From an uncultured delta proteobacterium (GTDB lineage: Bacteria > Desulfobacterota > WTBG01), in contig CAWCBP010000001.1 of the NCBI GenBank assembly GCA_963793865.1, positions 704,001 through 768,000 on the forward strand: 64,000 nucleotides of DNA, read 5' to 3'. The position numbers and the translations under genes were made by a program. How positions within the stretch are numbered: the first letter of the stretch is position 1; the number at the start of each line of letters is the position of its first letter. Shown in pieces: positions 28,886-37,906 of the stretch. The notes under the pieces are model-generated. The model saw only the letters and a program-made list of their open reading frames with translations, did not search any database and was not told the origin of the DNA.

Positions 28886-29131
28886 GGTACCTCCGTGTTA
28901 CCTTGCAGGAGCATCAAGGGTCATCTTCTACATACGGCGAGGTAACCTACCATAAAATTATTTTTATGCAACGAATATTATGGATGGCGCACAATAATGT
29001 TCGCGGCGTCCGGCAGGCAAAACGCAGGAGTAGAAAAGGCGTGTTCTGTGAATCGGGACGGAGGGAAAAGCCGGGGCCGGGATCGCGCCGGAACCGATGC
29101 GCGGCAGCGCGTTCCCGGTTCGGCCCAAGGG

Positions 29132-29524
29132 TCATTTTTTGAGCAGGCGTTCCACCCGTTTGATAAGAAAATTGGGGTCGACCGGCTTGTCAATGTACTC
29201 GTCGGCATGGGGTGAACCGGAGGCCGACTCGGCATCGGGAAATATGAGGGAGCTGCTTTCGATGCTGGTCAGCACAATAACCGGTATGGACGCGGTGGAG
29301 GGGGTTTTCTTTAAATCAGCGCAGGCAACAAATCCGTCCTTTTCCGGCATCATTACGTCAAGGATGATCAGATCGGGAGATTCGCTGCCGGCTTTTTCCA
29401 GGCCCTCCGTGCCGTTATAGGCGTGCACGACTTCATAGCCTGCCGCCTCCAGCGCCATTCTGACCATCTTGACTTCACTGGGCTGGTCGTCGATTATCAG
29501 GATTTTGGCCTTTCCCTCTGACAT
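29132..29524 (-). CDS. Single-domain response regulator
   Basis: ILIIDD, LDVMMP, VLTS, YIDKP. Confidence 0.92.
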   Translation of the reverse strand: MSEGKAKILIIDDQPSEVKMVRMALEAAGYEVVHAYNGTEGLEKAGSESPDLIILDVMMPEKDGFVACADLKKTPSTASIPVIVLTSIESSSLIFPDAESASGSPHADEYIDKPVDPNFLIKRVERLLKK

Positions 29525-29539
29525 ACGATCCTCCTTCGG

Positions 29540-30490
29540 TTAGCTTATTTTTTGTGAGTCGTACTCGCACCATTCCCAGAGATCATCCTTGAGCGTTTCA
29601 TAGCGCTCCCGCACATCCTCGTACGTGCGTGCGTTTTCAAGGGCAATTGTGACCTGCCCGATGAAGCCGTTGAGCAGGTCCAGCTCGCTGCCGGTTAACT
29701 CCCGTGCCTCCCGGCTGTATATGCGCATCATGCCGATAACCTCGTTTTTGAGCTTCAGAGGGAAGGAGAAGATGGAGGTGATTCCCTCCTGCTGGGCTTC
29801 AAAGAGATGTTCCGCCTGGGGGGAGGTGGTGATATCCATAATGCTTTCGGGGGTCCCGGCTAGTACGGTGGAAAGGTAACGGTCCGCGGCAATGGGCCCC
29901 TTTTGAAGATATGCGGCGCTCAGGCCGTGTGCCGCACATATCCTGAAGAACTCCTTTTTATGGTCCAGCAGGCTGATGGCGCACCCCTTGACGGCGAAAA
30001 GCCCGGTTATCCCGGTGACGATGAGGTTCAGCACCTCGCGCAGGTTAAGCGTCGAGTGAATGGTGTTCACCAGCCGTTGGAACTGGGCTTCCCGCTCATG
30101 CTGCTGCCGTGCCGCGCGCTCGCCGGCAAGCGCCTTGCGCACCACCGCCAGCAGCTCATCGGGGGTGAAGGGCTTGGGCAGGTAGTCGCACGCCCCCAGC
30201 TTCATGGTACTGCGGGCGGTTTCGACCGAGGCAAACCCGGTGAACATGACCACGGTGATGTCCGGCGCCTGGCGCTTCATCTGCTCCAGGGTCTGCACGC
30301 CATCCATCCCCGGCATTTTAATATCGCTCAACACCAGGTGGTAGCGTTTTTCCTTCAGTTTTCGCAGTGCCTCCCGGCCATCCATGGCCGAGTCAACCTC
30401 ATAGCCCTCTTCGCGCAATATCCTGCCGCAGCTTTCGTGGATGATTATTTCATCATCAACCACCAGAATGCTGATCCTGTCTTCGTCCAT
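29540..30490 (-). CDS. Response regulator receiver plus GAF domain, no output domain
   Basis: VVDDE, SDIKMP, YLPKPF; STLNL.EVL, FPLK....VIG, IALENAR.Y. Confidence 0.88.
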   Translation of the reverse strand: MDEDRISILVVDDEIIIHESCGRILREEGYEVDSAMDGREALRKLKEKRYHLVLSDIKMPGMDGVQTLEQMKRQAPDITVVMFTGFASVETARSTMKLGACDYLPKPFTPDELLAVVRKALAGERAARQQHEREAQFQRLVNTIHSTLNLREVLNLIVTGITGLFAVKGCAISLLDHKKEFFRICAAHGLSAAYLQKGPIAADRYLSTVLAGTPESIMDITTSPQAEHLFEAQQEGITSIFSFPLKLKNEVIGMMRIYSREARELTGSELDLLNGFIGQVTIALENARTYEDVRERYETLKDDLWEWCEYDSQKIS

Positions 30491-30560
30491 GGGAAGATCC
30501 TCCCTGAGCAGTGCCGGTGCGCATACGCCCCCGGCAAGGAATGCGGGGCTCGCGCCGGGC

Positions 30561-31499
30561 TTATGGCGTCCGGTCTTTTAGCGGCGGCATATCCTTGATG
30601 AGGCTTTCATAGTCCTTCCTGGCCTCCTGGTAGAGCCGCGCGTTGAGCAGGGCGATTCCGGCCTGCTCGGCCAGCTTTTGGAGCAGGTCCGATTCCTTTT
30701 CATCAAAGTGATGTTCATCAGCCGTATAAGCCCGGAGCACGCCGATGACCGTGCTTTTAACCTTCAGGGGAATGGTAAGCATGGAAACAATGCCTTCGCT
30801 GCGCGCCTCGGCCTGGTTGGGGATGCGCCCGTCGGAGCGGGCGTCGCGGATATAAACGGTTCTGCCCTCAAAGGCCTCCTCCATGGATGCGTCCACATCC
30901 GGGGAGGTTCGCTCGAGAAAGGTGTCGCTCAGGCCGGAGCTGACCTTGATTTTGAGCGTCTTGCGCTCCTCGTCAAGCAGGTGCACGCTGCAGGCCTTGA
31001 GCTTCATCAGGCTGACCACGCTTTTCGCGATCAGGGTCAGCACCTCGTTGAGATTGAGCGATGAACTGATGGCGGCGGCGGCGTCCCGGTAGGCCTTTTC
31101 CAGGTGCTTGGTTTCCAGGAGCAGCCGTTTCTTCTCCAGCGCCTTGGAAACCGCGGCCATTAATTCATCGGGGGTGAAGGGCTTGGGCAGGTAATCGAAG
31201 GCGCCCAGCTTCATGGCCTCCACCGCCGTTTCGGCCGTCGAGTAGCCGGTAATCATGATGATGCCGATGTCGGGATCATCATGCTTGATTTTCTTCAAAG
31301 CCTCCATGCCGCTGATGCCGGGCATTTTAAGGTCGGTGATCACCAGGTCGTAGGATGATTCCGAGAGCTTTCCCAGGCCCTCCTGACCGGTATAGGCGCT
31401 TTCAACCGCGTATCCCTCAGGAGAGAGAATGCGCCTGCAGCTTTCCTGCACAATGCTTTCATCATCGATGACGAGTATGGATGCCTTTCTTTCGCTCAT
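30561..31499 (-). CDS. Response regulator receiver plus GAF domain, paralog of 29540..30490
   Basis: VIDDE, TDLKMP, YLPKPFTPDEL; SSLNLNEVL, IPLK....VIGVLRAY, IALLNARLY. Confidence 0.88.
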   Translation of the reverse strand: MSERKASILVIDDESIVQESCRRILSPEGYAVESAYTGQEGLGKLSESSYDLVITDLKMPGISGMEALKKIKHDDPDIGIIMITGYSTAETAVEAMKLGAFDYLPKPFTPDELMAAVSKALEKKRLLLETKHLEKAYRDAAAAISSSLNLNEVLTLIAKSVVSLMKLKACSVHLLDEERKTLKIKVSSGLSDTFLERTSPDVDASMEEAFEGRTVYIRDARSDGRIPNQAEARSEGIVSMLTIPLKVKSTVIGVLRAYTADEHHFDEKESDLLQKLAEQAGIALLNARLYQEARKDYESLIKDMPPLKDRTP

Positions 31500-31532
31500 G
31501 GCCGCGTCCTCCTCTGCAGATGCGAAACCCTC

Positions 31533-33515
31533 TCAGGAACCCTGAACCGCGGCTTCCCGGGGGGCAATCGGCAGCTTGATGATAAAGGTGGTCCCCTTGC
31601 CCACGGTGCTTTCGACCGCGATATCACCCCCGTGCTTCTGGATGATACCATAGCTTATGGCAAGCCCCAGCCCGGTTCCCTTTTGCGGGTCCTTGGTGGT
31701 GAAGAAGGGGTCAAATATTTTTGTCAGATGCTCGGGCGCAATTCCGGCGCCGGTGTCGGCGATGTGCACCTCAATCTGGCCGTCCTCACGGCTGATCATG
31801 CTGGTGATTGAAAGCGTGCCTTCGCCGTTCATTGCCTCCGCCGCATTGAGGGCAATGTTCATAAAAACCTGCTGGATCTGATTGTCGTCGATCCAGATGT
31901 CGGGGAGCTGCCCGTCCAGCCGCTTGTCGATGCGGATGTTGTGGAAAAGCCACTGGGGCTCAAGGATCGCAAGCGTGCGGGTGATAATGCCATTGACGCT
32001 GCATAATTTCTGCTGCGGCGAAGTCTCGCGGGAAAAGTCAAGGATGCCCTTTATAATTGCCTTGCAGCGCGTGGTTTCGCGTATGATGATATCCAGATCG
32101 CTGCGTGCCGCCTCGTCGGTGACCGTTTTGCGCAGCAGGTGAGAGAAGGTCATAATCCCGGTCAGCGGGTTATTGAGCTCGTGCGCCACCCCGGCGGCGA
32201 GCTGGCCCAATGAAGAGAGCTTTTCGGTCTGAATGAGCTTTGCCTGCGCGGTCCTGAGGTTGCGGTTGGCATTTTCGAGATCCGCGCTTCTGCGCAGCAG
32301 CTCCTCTTTGGAAGCGCTGAGCGCCCGGGTCATTTTATTAAACGCCGTGGCGAGCCTGCCCAGCTCGTCTTGCGATTGGACCGGGACTTCGTACAAGAGA
32401 TCCCCCTGGGCGATCTTTTCCGTGGCCGCGCCCAGTGTGGCCAGCGGCCGGGTGATGCGCGAGGTGACAAAAACCACCGTCAGCAGGGCCATGACAATCC
32501 CCAGGATGGCCACCGCAAAGAAGCCGGCCACCACCTCGTTTCGTTTGTCGGTGAATGGCGCTTCCAGTATGCCGACGGAAAGCATGCCGATGATTTCGTC
32601 GCGGATGTTCCTGATGGGCTCGTAGGCGGAGATATAATTGACGTTCACAACGTAGGCGTTCCCCAGGAACGGCTGGCCGTTTTCCAGCACCTTTTCATAG
32701 ACATCGCTGAAAGCCCTGGTGCCGATCGCGCGCAGCCCCTCCGCGTTCTTGACGTTGGTGACAATCCTGACGTCCCACTGGAAGATGGTGGCATAGCCGA
32801 TCTCTTTTCCCTGGTAATTGATACCCTTGTACACGATGTCCTTCATCCGGTCGACGATGGAGTAATCACGGTTCAGGAGGCGGGCACCGTAAAGAATCCC
32901 CAGCATTTTCTTGTCGCTGTCGAAGACGGGTGTTGCTGCCTTGAGCACCATGCCTGAGGTCTCATAGTCTTTCACCCGGGGCTTTTCCTTCGCGGTGGGG
33001 ATGAAGACCATGAATGCCTTGTCCACCAGCTCCGTTCCCTCCTTGGCCAGCTCTTCCTGGGACAGCACCTCCGTTCCGGAGACCATGTGTTTTTCCCTTA
33101 TGGCAACGGCAACTATTTCATCATTGGACTGATCATCGCCGGATAGATACGGTTCGCGGGTACGAAGCAGCACCTTGCCGTTTTTGTCGGTCAGGGTAAG
33201 CATGTCCAGGTTATTTTCAATCCTTACCCCTTCCAGCTCGCGCCTGAGCAGGGACAGGTCATTTGCCGCCATGCCTTCCCGAAGAAAAAACCGTTCCGCG
33301 GTGAAGCGGGCGACCGCCTCGATGTCCTTGAGCCGCTCCTGGTAGACCATCCAGGCCGAGTTCAGGTCAATCTGGACCTTGAGCTGTGCCCCCTTGATGA
33401 TCTCGTTGGCCAGCATGCGTATGCCCACCATCGAAGAGGCCAAACCGACCGTAATCACGACCATGATGAAGCTGACGGCCAGCTTGGTGCGTAAGGAAAG
33501 ATTTTCAAATCGCAT
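31533..33515 (-). CDS. Membrane sensor histidine kinase (Cache-HAMP-HisKA-HATPase, NtrB-like core)
   Basis: Two TM segments, HAMP (DELGRLA.AFN.M), GVAHELNNPL, DPFFTTK, GTGLGL. Confidence 0.92.
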   Translation of the reverse strand: MRFENLSLRTKLAVSFIMVVITVGLASSMVGIRMLANEIIKGAQLKVQIDLNSAWMVYQERLKDIEAVARFTAERFFLREGMAANDLSLLRRELEGVRIENNLDMLTLTDKNGKVLLRTREPYLSGDDQSNDEIVAVAIREKHMVSGTEVLSQEELAKEGTELVDKAFMVFIPTAKEKPRVKDYETSGMVLKAATPVFDSDKKMLGILYGARLLNRDYSIVDRMKDIVYKGINYQGKEIGYATIFQWDVRIVTNVKNAEGLRAIGTRAFSDVYEKVLENGQPFLGNAYVVNVNYISAYEPIRNIRDEIIGMLSVGILEAPFTDKRNEVVAGFFAVAILGIVMALLTVVFVTSRITRPLATLGAATEKIAQGDLLYEVPVQSQDELGRLATAFNKMTRALSASKEELLRRSADLENANRNLRTAQAKLIQTEKLSSLGQLAAGVAHELNNPLTGIMTFSHLLRKTVTDEAARSDLDIIIRETTRCKAIIKGILDFSRETSPQQKLCSVNGIITRTLAILEPQWLFHNIRIDKRLDGQLPDIWIDDNQIQQVFMNIALNAAEAMNGEGTLSITSMISREDGQIEVHIADTGAGIAPEHLTKIFDPFFTTKDPQKGTGLGLAISYGIIQKHGGDIAVESTVGKGTTFIIKLPIAPREAAVQGS

Positions 33516-33574
33516 GGACACATCCTCATGGGCGGACGCCGGCTGTAGCCGGCCTGCCCGCAGATACCGTCCGC

Positions 33575-35361
33575 TTATTCAATGGCCCCGTATTTACAGG
33601 CCCTGATGCAGCTCCTGCACCGCGTGCAGGCGGAACGGTCTATGCAGGCAGGCTGTTTTTTTCCCAGCGTATGGCCTGTACCGGGCAGGCCCTGAAGCAG
33701 AGCCCGCACCGCTTGCACGCTTCCTCCTTCACCCTGAACCTGATGAGTGCGGGGCACACGAGCGCAGGACAGCGCTTTTCATGGATGTGGGCCTCGTACT
33801 CGTTCCTGAAGTACCGGATGGTGGAAAGGACCGGGTTGGGGGCGGTCTGGCCGAGCCCGCAGTGGGAGGTCTTTTGAATATGGCGGGCGAGCTTTTCCAG
33901 GAAGGCAATGTCGCCCTGATCACCATCGCCGGCGGTAATGGCGTTCAGCTTGTCCAGCATCACTTTAAGGCCCTCTCTGCAGGGGGAGCACTTGCCGCAG
34001 GATTCGTCCACGGAAAACTCGGTAAAGAATTTTGCCGTGTCAACCATGCAGGTCCTTTCATCCATTATGACCACGCCCCCCGAGCCCATCATGGAACCTG
34101 CTTGGGTAAGCGAGTCGAAATCAATGGGCGTGTCCAGAAGCGATTCGGGTATGCATCCCCCGGAAGGACCGCCCATCTGGGCCGACTTGAAGCGGCGGCC
34201 GTCCGGAATGCCTCCCCCGATTTCAAACACCAGGGTCCGAAGGGTGGTGCCCATGGGCACCTCCACCAGGCCGACATTGCTGACCGTCCCGGTAAGGGCA
34301 AACACCTTGGTCCCCTTGCTGCCTTCGGTGCCGATGGACGCGAACCAGGAGGCGCCGTTTAATAGAATGGGCGGGACATTGGCAAAGGTCTCGACGTTGT
34401 TGAGATTGGTGGGCATGCCCCAGAGACCCGCCTCGGCTGAGCGCGGCGGCTTGATGCGCGGCATGCCTCTCCTGCCCTCGAGCGAGTACATCAGGGCGGT
34501 TGATTCGCCGCAGACGAATGCCCCTGCCCCGGGGTAAATGGCCACGTCAAAATCGAATCCGCAGCCTAAAATGTCGCTTCCCAGCATGCCGTATTCCCGG
34601 GCCTGGGCCATGGCCGTCTCCAGGCTTTGAATTGCCAGGGGATACTCAGCGCGGACATATATATAGCCCTGCCGGGCCCCGATGGCGTAAGCGGAAATGG
34701 CCATACCTTCCAGCACGGAGTGGGGATCGGACTCCAGAACGGTTCTGTCCATGAATGCGCCGGGGTCTCCCTCATCGCCGTTGCAGATGGTGTACTTGGG
34801 GAAGCGGTTGTACTTTCTCACCTCTTCCCACTTGATTCCCGTGGGGAAACCGCCGCCGCCTCTCCCCCTGAGACCGGACCGCTTTATCTCGTCGATGACC
34901 TCCCCCGGGGTCATGTCGCGCAGTGCCCTGGCAAGGGCAAAATAGCCGTCCCGGGCGATATACTCCTCAATGTGCTCGGGATTGATAAGGCCCCGGTTCC
35001 TCATTACGATCAGCCGCTGGTGCCTGAAAAAGGGAATGTCGCGCATCAGCGGCACCCCGCCGTCCCGGGCCGGTTCCCTGCTGATGAGTCCTGCCGCCGG
35101 CCGGTTGTTGATAAAATGTTCTTCAACCAGGGAGGGTATCCGATCGGGCGTCAGGTTCACGTAGGTGATGCCGTCCGGGTATACCGTCATCACCGGGCCC
35201 CGGCCGCACAGCCCGCAGCATTCCGCGGGGATGATTTCTACCGCCTCCCGGAGTCCATGGGCAGCCAGTGCATTCTCCAGGTGCTGTTTCACCGGCCCGG
35301 CATCCCTGGAAGCACAGCCTGTCCCGGCGCATACCATAACCTGAAAGCGAAACGTGCCCAT
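33575..35361 (-). CDS. NuoF/HydB-like FMN/NAD(P)H-binding Fe-S subunit; apparent indel in A-run near 33660
   Basis: CAGTGC...CCGLC; GLRGRGGGGFPTG; CNGDEGDPGAFMDR; GAGAFVCGE; GGPSGG; ESCGKCSPCREG; the last ferredoxin motif (CTRCRSCIRACKYGAIE) lies in ORF 33575..33757. Confidence 0.9.
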
Positions 35362-35409
35362 GGATGGCTCCTTACAGTTCTTATCGTCTTCCCCTAAGGC
35401 CCGCTTGAA

Positions 35410-35919
35410 TCAATACCGGTGCAGGATGCCCTCAATTTTTTCCGGCTGCAGCTGGGCGTGCACATCGTTGTCGACAAACATCACCGGTGCCAGGCCGCAG
35501 GCGCCGACGCAGCGCACCACCTCAAGGGAAAAGGACAGGTCCCGGGTGGTCTCCCCCACTTTGATGGCGAGGCTTTCTTCCACCCTTTTCACGATGTCAG
35601 CCGCCCCCTTCACGTAACAGGCCGTCCCCATGCAGCAGCGGGCCACGTGGCGGCCCCGGGGAACGGTGGTAAAAAAGGCGTAAAAGGTCACCACCCCGTA
35701 GATGTGGCTGGTTGATATTTTCAGTCCCTTGGCCAGATACTGCTGCACCTCCATGGGAAGGAAACCGAACAGGGCCTGGGCGTCCTTAAGCGCGGGTATG
35801 AGATAGCCCGGCTTGTCGCGATAGCGCCGGATGATTTCGTCCAGCCGGATATAGTCATCCTGTTGGAGCCTGGCTGTAAACCTGCATGACCTATCGTCAT
35901 ACTGCACCGCTTCCATCAC
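35410..35919 (-). CDS. NuoE/HydC-like 2Fe-2S subunit
   Basis: YGVVTFYAFF, CMGTACYVKG, CVGACGLAP; start overlaps the kinase stop by 4 nt. Confidence 0.9.
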   Translation of the reverse strand: MMEAVQYDDRSCRFTARLQQDDYIRLDEIIRRYRDKPGYLIPALKDAQALFGFLPMEVQQYLAKGLKISTSHIYGVVTFYAFFTTVPRGRHVARCCMGTACYVKGAADIVKRVEESLAIKVGETTRDLSFSLEVVRCVGACGLAPVMFVDNDVHAQLQPEKIEGILHRY

Positions 35920-37889
35920 ATCGCTCCTGTTTTATCCCCGGGTTTCGGCGGCGGCGAAGGAGCGGGCGCACCGTCACCCGGCAGGGTGAAGCAAAAATCC
36001 GCCCATCTTCCCTCATCAGATTCGGCCCAGATCTTTCCCCCGTGCTTTTCGATGATCTCCCTGGTATTGTAGAGGCCGAGCCCTGTTCCCACCTGCCTGC
36101 CGATCTCTTTCCTGTCCAGCCGGACGAATTTATCGAAGATGATTTCGAGCTTGTCCGAGGGAATGCCGTAGCCCTCATTCTTAACGTGGAAATGATAACC
36201 GCCCGCCCGGTGCTGAAAGCCGATGGTGATGGCGCCTCCCTCAATGCCGTATTTGATGGCATTGGTGATCAGGTTGCTGAAGACAATGCGCATCAGGGTG
36301 GGATCGGCATTGAGCTCAAGCCCTTTCAGCTCCTCTTCGCGGTCGATCACCACGCGCATCTTTTTGATGGCGAGGTACGCGCTTTCGCCCTCGATCACCG
36401 GCTTGACTGCCTCGTCGTAAAGGTTGAAGCGCTTTTTTTCCACAACCAGCCTGCCGGCTTCGATTTTGGAGAGCTGGAGATATTTCATGATCATGTCGTT
36501 GAGCATGTTGACGCTGTTTCTCATCTCCAGAATCGCCTCGCGCTGCTTTTCCGTGTTAATCTTTCCCAGGGTCTCGTCCTGCAGCATGATCAGGTAGCCT
36601 TTGAGAACCCCCAGCGGCTGCTTGAGCTCATGGGTGGTGAATCCCAGCAGCTCCAGATATTTACGGTTAAGATCCTGCAAATCGCTCAGGGTCTGTTTGA
36701 GATGGCGCGACATGGTGACGAACAGCCCCGCCAGCCGCCCGATCTCATCGTGCGAGGGGATGTCAATCGCCACAGGAAAATGCCCGTCGGAAATTTCCAT
36801 GGTGGCGCTGGTGAGCTTTTCAATGGGCCTGCTGATGCTTCTTGCCAGGAAATAGCCGATGACAACCGCGGTGAGCACGCCCAGCAGGCCGATGGCGAAA
36901 AAGAGCATGATCACCCGGTTGCGCGTATCAATGAAGGGCTGCTCCAGGGTGCCCACGTAGAGCATGCCGATGATGGTCCCCAGGGTGTTATGGACAGGTT
37001 CATAGGCGGTTATGTAATCGGCGTTGACCACAAAGTCGCGGCCGATGTAAGGCTGGCCGTTCTCCAGCACCCTGGCGTAGACGTCGGCTGAGGCCCGCGT
37101 GCCGATGGCCCGCAGGCCGGAGAGATTTTTCACATTGGTGGATATGCGAACGTCCCACTGGAAAATGGCCGCCGTGCCGACCTCCTTGCCGTCATACTGC
37201 TCGTCGCGGTAGACGTTGTTCTTTATGCGGTCGACAATTTCATAATTTCTGTTGAGCAGCACCCCGCCGTAGAGCGCCCCGCGGATCCTTCCGTCGCGGT
37301 CCATGACCGGCACGGCGGACTTGATCACCATGCCGCTGGTCTCGCTTCCGCGGGGACGCGGTCTTGCCCGCGGGGTCTCCACGAAGGTCATGAAGGCCTG
37401 CTCCGCGAGCCTGTCCCCCTCCCGGCCCAGCCGTTCCTGGGAAAGGATCTGGGGGCCCGTTGCCGTCTCTCCGGTGAGCGCCCTGCTGATCAGCTCGTCG
37501 TTGGACTGGTCATCGTCCGCCGTGAAGGGGTAGCGCCCCCGCGCCAGCACCATGCCCCGCTCATCGGTTAAGCCGATGAAGTCAAGATTGTTGTCCATTC
37601 GCACCTGTTCAAGCAGCTGCTGCAAAAATGGCCGGTTGCGTCCGAAAAGGCCGTCCAGCAGCTGGCCCCTGCGGGCGGTAAACTGCATGAGCAGTGAAAC
37701 CGTGTCCGCTTTTTGTTGAAAAACCATCCGGGCCGAGTTGAGATTCATGGTAACCTCAACCTGGGCGCGCTTAACCACCGTTCTTCCATAGAGGCTGATG
37801 CCCAGCACCATGGCAACGGATCCGCCGGCTATGACAACGATGAGGAAGAAAAAAACGATCCTGTTTCTGAGTGTTAACCCGAAGGGCAT
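35916..37889 (-). CDS. Membrane sensor histidine kinase (Cache-HAMP-HisKA-HATPase)
   Basis: Sensor domain paralogous to 31533..33515; THELKQPL, NLITNAIKY, GTGLGL; start taken at MPFGLTLR. Confidence 0.92.
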   Translation of the reverse strand: MPFGLTLRNRIVFFFLIVVIAGGSVAMVLGISLYGRTVVKRAQVEVTMNLNSARMVFQQKADTVSLLMQFTARRGQLLDGLFGRNRPFLQQLLEQVRMDNNLDFIGLTDERGMVLARGRYPFTADDDQSNDELISRALTGETATGPQILSQERLGREGDRLAEQAFMTFVETPRARPRPRGSETSGMVIKSAVPVMDRDGRIRGALYGGVLLNRNYEIVDRIKNNVYRDEQYDGKEVGTAAIFQWDVRISTNVKNLSGLRAIGTRASADVYARVLENGQPYIGRDFVVNADYITAYEPVHNTLGTIIGMLYVGTLEQPFIDTRNRVIMLFFAIGLLGVLTAVVIGYFLARSISRPIEKLTSATMEISDGHFPVAIDIPSHDEIGRLAGLFVTMSRHLKQTLSDLQDLNRKYLELLGFTTHELKQPLGVLKGYLIMLQDETLGKINTEKQREAILEMRNSVNMLNDMIMKYLQLSKIEAGRLVVEKKRFNLYDEAVKPVIEGESAYLAIKKMRVVIDREEELKGLELNADPTLMRIVFSNLITNAIKYGIEGGAITIGFQHRAGGYHFHVKNEGYGIPSDKLEIIFDKFVRLDRKEIGRQVGTGLGLYNTREIIEKHGGKIWAESDEGRWADFCFTLPGDGAPAPSPPPKPGDKTGAM

Positions 37890-37906
37890 GCGTATCTGTT
37901 CAGCGC

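Noticed and set aside
33575..33757. Separate small ferredoxin gene
   Set aside because: It is the C-terminus of the NuoF-like protein displaced by an indel in an A-run.
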